A stretch of DNA of 32,000 nt from an uncultured Polyangiaceae bacterium (GTDB lineage: Bacteria; Myxococcota_A; Polyangia; Polyangiales; Polyangiaceae). The DNA lies in the NCBI GenBank assembly GCA_964531095.1, contig CAZHED010000005.1:157476-189475 (forward strand), given 5' to 3'. Below the pieces are notes generated by a model. That model did not search any database. It was not told where the DNA came from and saw nothing but the letters and a program-made list of their open reading frames with translations. The first letter of the stretch is position 1, and every line of letters begins with the position of its first letter. Positions 25,913 to 32,000 of the stretch are shown piece after piece. Both the position numbers and the translations under genes were made by a program.

Positions 25913-25950
25913 ACGGCTAACGTGGCCCGTCCGCGCAATGGCATCCCTCC
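25913..25950 (+). repeat. 38-bp direct repeat, copy 2
   Basis: ACGGCTAACGTGGCCCGTCCGCGCAATGGCATCCCTCC. It lies 1616 bp downstream of copy 1 and ends 16 nt before the stop codon of the 118-aa minus-strand gene. Confidence 0.85.
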
Positions 25951-25966
25951 CCGACTGCCGGCGCTC

Positions 25967-26323
25967 TTACGCGTGCCAGTCGAAGACGTGCTCCGACGGT
26001 TGCACCGTCGGAGCCTGCGTGAGATCGAGCCCGAAGACATCGAGCAAGTAGCGGCGGAAGTCGGCGTCGAGTGGCTCCGTCGAGAGAGCCGTACCCGCCA
26101 ACATGCGGGCGGGATCGATCACCTCGAACACGACGATCGCGAGGTCGCCATTCGGGGTACGCTGAATGAAGCCTCGCTCCGCCGTAACGCCGAGACGTCG
26201 CCGCGACGCCTCGAACTCGGTCCGACGATCCACGACGAAGCGACGGTGTGCCGCCCGAAAGGCGTCCGCCTTGCCGGCGAGGATGGGTATCGATAAAGCG
26301 ATTACGGGCATCGGGGCCTCCAT
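25967..26323 (-). CDS. hypothetical protein (118 aa)
   Basis: The ORF has natural composition (MPVIALSIPILAGKADAFRAAHRRFVVDRRTEFEASRRRLGVTAERGFIQRTPNGDLAIVVFEVIDP...). It may have a ferredoxin-like fold. Family not recognised. Confidence 0.5.
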   Translation of the reverse strand: MEAPMPVIALSIPILAGKADAFRAAHRRFVVDRRTEFEASRRRLGVTAERGFIQRTPNGDLAIVVFEVIDPARMLAGTALSTEPLDADFRRYLLDVFGLDLTQAPTVQPSEHVFDWHA

Positions 26324-26394
26324 GGGGAGACAGTGACAGGCACGACCGCCGGAAGTTCCCCCGCGGCTTCTCGGCGCGAGAGGATCATCGACCC

Positions 26395-26517
26395 GTCGTT
26401 CTTGAGGATGGCGGCCTTGAGTTCGCGAACGCTGCGATGGGATTCGCGCCGGATCGCTTTGCCCGTGAGGTCGGCAAACCAGCGCTCCACTTGGTTGAGC
26501 GGTGACGCCTCGAACAC
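26395..26517 (-). mobile_element. IS630-family transposase C-terminal relic
   Basis: The N-terminal about 40 codons of ORF 26302..26517 read [34 protein letters not shown]. This is the conserved IS630/DDE_3 C-terminal motif (SWLNQVERWFAELTRK..RRG.HRSV.EL.AAI). There is no upstream transposase body; an in-frame stop occurs about 13 codons upstream. Confidence 0.65.
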
Positions 26518-26617
26518 GGACCCATCTTCACGCCGCTCTTCAAGTCTTGCTCGTTACGAATTCCTGAACGATCCTCGGCGGACGCGTCGTGCAGCCTTGT
26601 AGAGAGGAGATTCGTCC

Positions 26618-27702
26618 GTGAGCATCACGACACCGTTTGCTGCTTTGACCCGCGCCCAGCGCAACGCGTTCGTCGCGGCGGTCGCCGGCTGGGCGCTCGA
26701 CGCGTTCGACCTTTTCTTGTTCGTGTTTGCCGTCCACGCCATCGCTGGCGAATTCAATGCCGCCGTGCACGCGGTCGCCCAGGGGATTTTTTTGACGCTT
26801 GCGATGCGCCCGATCGGGGCTCTCGTCTTCGGTTGGCTGGCGGAGAAATACGGGCGGCGGCCGATGCTGATGCTCAATGTGGTCAGCTACTCGGTGTTCG
26901 AGCTCGCGTCGGCGTTCGCCCCCAATCTGACGGCACTCCTCGTTTTGCGGGCACTCTTCGGGGTCGCCATGGGCGGGGAATGGGGCATTGGCGCCGCCCT
27001 CGCGCTCGAGACATTGCCAGCCAAAAATCGCGGATTTTTCTCGGGCTTTCTCCAGGAAAGATACGTGATCGGCTATCTCTTGGCATCACTCGTCTTCAAG
27101 TTTCTATTCGAGCGAATCGGCTGGCGCGGAATGTTCATTGTCGGTGCGGCGCCTGCGTTCCTCGTTTTCTACATTCGGCAGACGGTCGAAGAGTCACCGA
27201 AGTGGCTCGCCGGGGCGCACCGGCGCCGTGCGGAAGGAAGCCAGATCGTCGCGGCCCTCGTCGGCCATTGGCGGACTTGCTCTTTTTGGTCCTTCTGATG
27301 ACCTGCTTCAACGCGTTCAGCCACGGGTCGCAGGACCTTTACCCCACATTTCTGCAGGCTCAGCACAGGTTCGACCCTTCGACGGTCGGCACGATCGCCA
27401 TCGTCTACAACGTCGGGGCGCTCTGCGGCGGCGTTTTCTTCGGGACAATCTCGGAACGCATCGGACGCCGTCGGGCCATCGTCCTCGCTGCCTTTCTAGC
27501 CTTGCCTGCGATCCCCTTGTGGGCGTACTCGTCGACGGCGCCGATGTTCGCGGTCGGCGGGTTCGTCATGCAGTTCATGATCCAAGGCGCCTGGGGAATC
27601 GTGCCTGCGCACCTCATCGAGCTGTCGCCCCCGTCGGTCCGAGCGATTCTGCCCGGCTTCGCGTACCAGCTCGGCAACTTGGCCATGTCGAGGCTCGCGC
27701 CC
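26618..27702 (+). pseudogene. MFS metabolite:H+ symporter-type transporter, frameshifted and 3'-truncated
   Basis: GTG start with a GGAG RBS 8 nt upstream. The N-half lies in frame 2 (ORF 26618..27298: ...[15 protein letters not shown]...[10 protein letters not shown]...). It continues in frame 1 (ORF 26833..27837: ...[28 protein letters not shown]...[13 protein letters not shown]). The frame switch is at about 27269-27273. MFS similarity ends at about 27702, before the last TM helices. Confidence 0.8.
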
Positions 27703-27837
27703 ACCGACCCCCCGACCCCCTCGTTACGCGCTCTCTCCCAGCAGCAGCCCATTCCGCGGACGCCCGAAACCGAAGGCCGCATCGAGGCCGTCCCCGTGCT
27801 CGGCGGTCTGCACCACGACTACCGGCGCGCCGCGTGA
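27703..27837 (+). mobile_element. rve-type (IS481/IS3-like) transposase C-terminal relic fused in frame to the truncated MFS gene
   Basis: ...[39 protein letters not shown] resembles the C-terminal tail of integrase-core transposases (...RPH.AL....P......VLGGLI.EY.RAA). This is recalled from memory and the fragment is short. Confidence 0.4.
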
Positions 27838-27866
27838 GGTGCGGACACGAAAAGTAGCCACGACGG

Positions 27867-28211
27867 CTAGCCCGCCACCAGCATCTTCGCGATGTCCGCC
27901 TCGCATTCCTGTGTTGCGTGCTCAAGAAGCACCGTGCCCACTTGCAAGGGGCCGATCGACCTGCCGGTTGCCTTGCTCAGCTTCTTCGCCATCACGACGA
28001 GGCGCTTGTAGGTCTGCTCCTGCAGTGCGATCTGCCGTTGAACCGTGAGCGACGGGTCCGTAGCTCGGCCGCCCGTCGGCGGCACCTGAAAGCGCCGCTG
28101 CACCTCGGCCAGAAGCTCCATCGCTCCGAAGTAACCCGACCGAGCTCCGACGGTCCCTCGGCGCGTCGCACCCAGCTTCTTTGCGATCTTGTCGATGTCC
28201 ACCTTGGCCAT
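27867..28211 (-). CDS. unknown 114-aa protein (gene B), possibly ribbon-helix-helix-like C-terminal half
   Basis: ATG preceded by GGAGG with 5 nt spacing. MAKVDIDKIAKKLGATRRGTVGARSGYFGAMELLAEVQRRFQVPPTGGRATDPSLTVQRQIALQEQTYKRLVVMAKKLSKATGRSIGPLQVGTVLLEHATQE... The segment TVQRQIAL / EQTYKRLVVMAKKL / IGPLQVGTVLLEHA has a beta-alpha-alpha pattern. Confidence 0.6.
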   Translation of the reverse strand: MAKVDIDKIAKKLGATRRGTVGARSGYFGAMELLAEVQRRFQVPPTGGRATDPSLTVQRQIALQEQTYKRLVVMAKKLSKATGRSIGPLQVGTVLLEHATQECEADIAKMLVAG

Positions 28212-28220
28212 GGTCGCCTC

Positions 28221-28584
28221 CTAGTAATCGTTGATGGCGAGGTACTCGCCATCGATCACCAGACCGATTTCGCCCTGGTTTGTGTCCTTGCCCATGCGAC
28301 GACAGAAAGCACGGAGCTTGGCGAGCTTCTTGGCGTCCTCGATCTGCTCGCGGCTCGTGTAGCAATGGAAGACGACGGGCTCGTCAAAGACGAGCCTGCC
28401 CTTGTTGGCGTCGTCCCTCCACACGCCTCGCGCCTTCGGGAAGGCCGTGGCGCCGCAAGAAGAGCTTGCCGAAGGTTTCAAGGGCCTTGGTGACCCAATA
28501 ATCCTGATCGATGGCGGTCTTCCCGTCGCGTTCGACGCTTGGGATGAACAAGACGACGAGGACAGTTCTTTTCTCATCGGGCAC
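28221..28584 (-). pseudogene. unknown ~120-aa protein (gene A), one frameshift as sequenced
   Basis: ORF 28384..28584 gives MPDEKRTVLVVLFIPSVERDGKTAIDQDYWVTKALETFGKLF (GTG start). It continues in the frame of ORF 28221..28679 as GATAFPKARGVWRDDANKGRLVFDEPVVFHCYTSREQIEDAKKLAKLRAFCRRMGKDTNQGEIGLVIDGEYLAINDY*. The switch is at about 28456-28464, within CTCTTCTTGCGG on the minus strand. No family recognised. Confidence 0.55.
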
Positions 28585-28592
28585 GCTCGATA

Positions 28593-28621
28593 AATATAGA
28601 TCGACCCCGCTAGCCGCGCAA
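28593..28621 (-). promoter_or_regulatory. sigma70-like promoter for gene A (near-leaderless)
   Basis: The minus strand reads TTGCGC (28621-28616), 17 nt, TATATT (28598-28593), then 8 nt to the GTG start at 28584. There is no SD sequence. The AT-rich hexamer stands out in this GC-rich context. Confidence 0.45.
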
Positions 28622-28665
28622 GGTGGAGGGGCCCACGTCTCGTCTCGCCGCGCCGCCTCGGTGCC

Positions 28666-29205
28666 TCAGACCGGTGCAAAGAGGTCCCTCGCCACGACCA
28701 TCATCGCGTCCGCGTCGCACAGCAGGAAGGTCCGGTCCGTGAGGCGAGCCGACTCGATGCGGTCCAGCCGCAGCGTGCGTACCGCGTCACGAAGGCGGTC
28801 CCAGATGAGCAGGTACCAGGCGGGCCATACCAAGAGGAGGTAGTGAGGCTCGACGACGCTAGTGGGCCGTGCAGAATGCGTCGACCCAGACGGCTCACCC
28901 GGGACCGCTCCTCCGGTGGGAAGGCCATCCCGATCTTCTGGCGTAGACCCCTCAGGCTCGAGAGACGCAAGAGAGAGCCAATGCGCTCGCCGATCGCCAG
29001 CGCGAGCAGCAGGTCGACGGCCTCGCGGTGATCGAGCTGCAGCCGCCCCGGCCCGACGCGCACCGGCAGCCACACCCGGCGCCGCGTCCACGCTCGGCCT
29101 CGATGGGGACACCGCGCGCAGCGAGGCGGGCCATGTCCCGGCGCAGGGTGCGCAGGCTGACCCCCAGCTCGGCGGCCAGCGCCGGGCCGTTCCAGCGAAC
29201 CGAGG
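28666..29205 (-). pseudogene. HTH + WYL-domain transcriptional regulator, multiply frameshifted and internally shortened
   Basis: Three frames are needed to read it:
- HTH: WNGPALAAELGVSLRTLRRDMARLAARGVPIEAERGRGAG (ORF 28952..29377)
- Linker: VWLPVRVGPGRLQLDHREAVDLLLALAIGERIG...RSRVSRLGRRIL (ORF 28701..29075)
- WYL core: VVEPHYLLLVWPAWYLLIWDRLRDAVRTLRLDRIESARLTDRTF (ORF 28666..29523)
The switches are at about 29075-29077 (a G3/C3 run) and about 28860-28885. Confidence 0.6.
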
Positions 29206-29212
29206 AGCCTGG

Positions 29213-29513
29213 GGAGTGCACGGCGCCGCGGACCTGAGCGCGCAGGACCCGGCGGACATCCTGGGCCGCCTGCTCGGCAAGCCCGTCCGGTACCAGCAGA
29301 TCCCGCTCGAGGCTCTGCGCGAGACCTTCCTGAAGCGCGGGGCGAGCCCCCTCCGTCGCCGACGGATACGTCGACATGTACCGGTCGTTCGCTCGTGAGG
29401 ACTACCAGCCGGCTGAGAGGCGAACTGCGGAGACCACCACCCCGACGACACTTGAGATGTTCGCGCGCGAGGTACTGGTTCCACCGCTACAGTCTGCAAG
29501 TCAAGGAGCCTGA
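29213..29513 (+). pseudogene. NmrA-like NAD(P)-binding protein, C-terminal fragment with frameshift
   Basis: GVHGAADLSAQDPADILGRLLGKPVRYQQIPLEALRETFLKRGASP continues, after a frame switch in a C5 run (29347-29351), as SVADGYVDMYRSFAREDYQPAERRTAETTTPTTLEMFAREVLVPPLQSASQGA*. This is the typical C-terminal third of NmrA-family proteins. The N-terminal about 200 aa are absent. Confidence 0.6.
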
Positions 29514-29515
29514 CG

Positions 29516-29884
29516 ATGACCACCTACGAGATCGGCAAGAGCTACGTCGCGCTGGTGAAAGACCGCCCGCGCGAGGAGTGTCTCTCGACGCTGTTCAGCC
29601 CGGACGCGGTGAGCGTGGAAGCTGTCCAACTTCCGGGGCGCGAGCGCACCGTCAAGGGCCTCGACGCGCTCCGCAACAAGAGCAGCTTCTTCTTAGCCAA
29701 CAATGAAGTGCACAAGGCCGAGATCTTTGGCCCATATCCGCACGACGACCGTTTCGCGGTCCGCTTCGTCTTCGACCTCACCTTCAAGCCGACCGGCGAA
29801 CGAAGGACGATGGATGAGATTGGCTTGTTCACCGTGGTCGACGGCAAGATCGCCCGCGAGGAGTTCTTTTACCACTTCGGCTGA
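29516..29884 (+). CDS. SnoaL/NTF2-like fold protein
   Basis: AAGGAG RBS. 122 aa; ...EIFGPYPHDDRFAVRFVFDLTFKPTGERRTMDEIGLFTVVDGKIAREEFFY fits the SnoaL-like cone. It starts 2 nt after the NmrA-fragment stop. Confidence 0.7.
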   Translation: MTTYEIGKSYVALVKDRPREECLSTLFSPDAVSVEAVQLPGRERTVKGLDALRNKSSFFLANNEVHKAEIFGPYPHDDRFAVRFVFDLTFKPTGERRTMDEIGLFTVVDGKIAREEFFYHFG

Positions 29885-30281
29885 GCCAGCCGCGCCGGCG
29901 GGTAGGCGGCGCTAAGGACCACCTACACGCCGGCTGGGGATCGCCCCGCGTAGAAGCGGCACGGCGGAGGTTGTGGACGATTGCCACCGCTTCCTCGCGC
30001 CAATCGGCGACGACTGCCCGATCCCACTGCGCGCGCGCTCAGCGCCGGGCGGCGCGCTGAAGCTCAGCACTACTGCGTCAGACCGGAAGCTTCACATCGC
30101 TCGCCGGGTCGGTCGGGGTGCCACGCGGCGCGTTTGACCTTGGAGGGATTCTTCGTCGGTTGTTTCATTGCTGAGCGCCGCCATTGGAGCCGAGGGTTCC
30201 CTGCTCGCTCGACGACAACGCTGCGGGCGGACTGTTTTAGGCGATGCCGGGCACTTCACGAGCGAGGGCGACGCGATTCAG

Positions 30282-30533
30282 CCTAGGCGCCGCCACGTGC
30301 CAACGCCCTTCCAACTCGTATGCGTCGACCTCCAAGTTGAACCCCATCAAGACTGCGGATCAAGGAATCGAGGTCCCCGTCAAACGCGACGCTTGCAACG
30401 AAAATCCGCGATTGGCGTGACCTTCAATGCGCCCGCTGGGCACGTCTAGCGCTTGTACATCGCAAAGCCTCGGTGGCCACGTCAGCAGGGCTTCCTTGTC
30501 GACGCTATAGGGCAGGTTGGATATGTTGAGGCG
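30282..30533 (-). pseudogene. possible decayed RRM-type RNA-binding protein gene
   Basis: The minus strand reads RLNISNLPYSVDKEALLTWPPRLCDVQALDVPSGRIEGHANRGFSLQASRLTGTSIP*SAVLMGFNLEVDAYELEGRWHVAAPR. The skeleton of RNP2 (LxxxNLxYxV..E.L), RNP1 (RGF...) and the C-terminal GRxxxVxxAxPR is visible. There is no start codon, an in-frame stop at 30360-30362, and a degenerate core. Confidence 0.3.
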
Positions 30534-30666
30534 GTGGACCGGCCTATTCTCTTCGTCGTCCGGAGGCTTCGGGGCAGGCGCGTTCCCGGGACCACGTGCG
30601 GTCCCGATCCGCCGAGGTTTCCGGGCGATTTCTGCGGCTATTGCACCTACGGTCCAGCCGACGCAG

Positions 30667-31383
30667 GTGCGGACGCGAACGACGCGTCGGACGCCGAGTG
30701 AAGAAGGCCCAACGGAGCTAGCCATCGAACTCTTGTTCGTCGATCCGCACCTGGTCGTCGTGAACAAGCCATCGGGCCTTCTGGTCCACCGCGGCTGGGA
30801 TGACGACGATGACGTGGCGATGTTCCGCGTGCGCGACGCCCTCGGTCAGCACGTCCACCCGGTGCATCGGCTCGATCGCGGCACCAGCGGAGCGCTCCTT
30901 TTCGCCCGCACCCGCGAGGTAGCTGCCGCACTCGCGTTCGCCTTCGAGGAGCGACGCGTAGAGAAGCGGTACGTCGCGCTCGTGCGCGGCGTGGCGCCTG
31001 ACGCGGGCTTGATCGATCACCCAATCCCCAAGAGCGAAGGCGGCCCGCGCGTGTCCGCCGTCACACGCTTCCGTCGCCTCGCGACATCCTCCGTGGAGCG
31101 CTGTTCGCTAGTCGACGCCTTCCCCGAGACCGGCCGGCTGCACCAGGTGCGCCGGCACCTCCGCCATATCGACCACCCCTTGGTCGGCGACGTGAACTAT
31201 GGCTCGGGCGAGATCAATCGCATGTACCGCGCCAGATACGGACTGCACCGGCTGGTGCTGCACGCGCACCGGCTAGCCTTCGAGCATCCGGTGACGGGCG
31301 AGGCCCTCGTCGTGCGAGCGGCCCTTCCGCCGGAACTCGCATCGGCGTTCGACCGGCTCGGGCTACCCTGGGAGCCGCCTTGA
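30667..31383 (+). CDS. truC: tRNA pseudouridine synthase C (RluA family)
   Basis: ELLFVDPHLVVVNKPSGLLVHRGWDDDDDVAMFRVRDALGQHVHPVHRLDRGTSGALLF...KRYVALVRG aligns closely with E. coli TruC as I recall it (MLEILYQDEWLVAVNKPSGWLVHRSW...HRLDRPTSG). The start is uncertain. The ORF opens at TTG 30517; the GTG at 30667 was chosen as the nearest start upstream of the conserved core. Confidence 0.8.
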   Translation: MRTRTTRRTPSEEGPTELAIELLFVDPHLVVVNKPSGLLVHRGWDDDDDVAMFRVRDALGQHVHPVHRLDRGTSGALLFARTREVAAALAFAFEERRVEKRYVALVRGVAPDAGLIDHPIPKSEGGPRVSAVTRFRRLATSSVERCSLVDAFPETGRLHQVRRHLRHIDHPLVGDVNYGSGEINRMYRARYGLHRLVLHAHRLAFEHPVTGEALVVRAALPPELASAFDRLGLPWEPP

Positions 31384-32000
31384 CCCGCCGCGACAACGCG
31401 CGCGTCCGCTGCAAACGTTGCCATATGCACGACAGCCTGTGCGTGTGCGCGCTCATCCCGCGCGTGGAGACGCGCACACGCGTCGTGCTCGTCATTCACC
31501 GACTCGAATACCGCAAGCCCACCAACACGGGCCGTTTGGCAATCGAGTGCCTCCCCAACAGCGAGGTCCTCGTGCGAGGCGAAAAGGCGCAGCCCGGCGC
31601 TCCCTTCGTTCCGGCGCTCGACTCGCAGCCGGTCCTGCTCTTCCCGCACGAGGACGCGATCCCTCTCTCGCGGTTCGCTGAGTCGCCGCGCCCCGTCACG
31701 CTCGTCGTGCCCGACGGCACGTGGCGACAGGCGTCCAAAGTGCGGCGACGTCTCCCGGGCCTCGAGGACCTACCGTGCGTCACGTTGCCCGGTGGCGAGC
31801 CGTCGACGTATCGCCTGCGGACCGAGGCTCACGCGCACGGCCTCGCGACGATCGAAGCGATCGCGCGCGCGCTCGAGATCCTCGAAGGCCCGCATGTGCG
31901 CGGGGCGATCGAGTGGGTCTTTCGGGCGATGGTGGAGCGCACCCTCTGGGCGCGCGGCGTGATCGCGACGGTGGATGTCGCAGGCGGCGTTCCCGAGGGG
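31380..32000 (+). CDS. DTW-domain protein (tRNA acp3U aminocarboxypropyltransferase family), 3' end beyond window
   Basis: This frame is open to the window end, so it is not in the ORF track. It reads LTRRDNARVRCKRCHMHDSLCVCALIP...VVLVIHRLEYRKPTNTGRL...VLLFPHEDA...TLVVPDGTWRQASKV...YRLRTEAHAHGLATIEAIARAL. It has the N-terminal Cys cluster and the DGTW (DTW) motif. The TTG start overlaps the truC stop (TTGA). Confidence 0.75.
   Translation, partial: MTRRDNARVRCKRCHMHDSLCVCALIPRVETRTRVVLVIHRLEYRKPTNTGRLAIECLPNSEVLVRGEKAQPGAPFVPALDSQPVLLFPHEDAIPLSRFAESPRPVTLVVPDGTWRQASKVRRRLPGLEDLPCVTLPGGEPSTYRLRTEAHAHGLATIEAIARALEILEGPHVRGAIEWVFRAMVERTLWARGVIATVDVAGGVPEG

Noticed and set aside
24297-25950. 38-bp repeats as tRNA-derived att sites of an integrated element
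   Set aside because: There is no tRNA-like arm structure or CCA-proximal motif in the repeat, and no integrase gene between the copies. Copy 1 lies inside an IS66-like reading frame.
30517-30666. 50-codon N-terminal extension of truC (TTG 30517)
   Set aside because: The extension is Gly/Ser/Arg/Thr-rich and has no counterpart in TruC. It also overlaps the RRM-like relic on the other strand. A later start nearer the conserved core is more likely.

Overview
High-GC bacterial chromosomal window: about 70% GC by hand count of sample lines, dropping to 45-55% around 23.3-24.3 kb. Lipobox lipoproteins, a GH9 cellulase, several ECF sigma factors and long GC-driven shadow ORFs suggest a myxobacterium-like genome. 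That assignment is inference only.

0-23 kb holds densely packed, intact, mostly single-gene stress, detox and regulation loci:
- two GSTs, Tag glycosylase, a PhnB-like VOC protein, DinB and YdeI
- an SDR with a TetR regulator, and a LysR regulator with an MBL hydrolase
- an alpha/beta hydrolase and a DHA2 MFS pump
- a methyltransferase-SRPBCC-ECF41-like sigma cluster
- a YciI plus ECF42-like sigma pair
- a GH9 endoglucanase lipoprotein
- a PaaK-like adenylating enzyme

23.3-29.5 kb is an accessory, decaying patch:
- a GC trough carrying an operon of tiny ORFs
- a 21-bp x 8 tandem repeat
- 3'-terminal relics of three transposase families (IS66, IS630, rve/IS481-like)
- a 38-bp direct-repeat pair bracketing two Cys-rich lipoprotein genes
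- a frameshifted and 3'-truncated MFS gene
- a WYL regulator plus two unknown small genes, carrying frameshifts
- a deletion scar with an NmrA fragment

29.5-32 kb holds a SnoaL-like gene, an RRM-like relic, truC, and a DTW-domain gene that runs off the window. I recognised no rRNA, tRNA or CRISPR.

The best candidates for something undescribed are (i) the WYL-A-B cassette at 27.87-29.2 kb and (ii) the low-GC small-ORF operon leading into the PaaK-like ligase at 21.4-23.7 kb, with its adjacent repeat array.

All family names come from motif recognition by eye. No database search or computation was possible.
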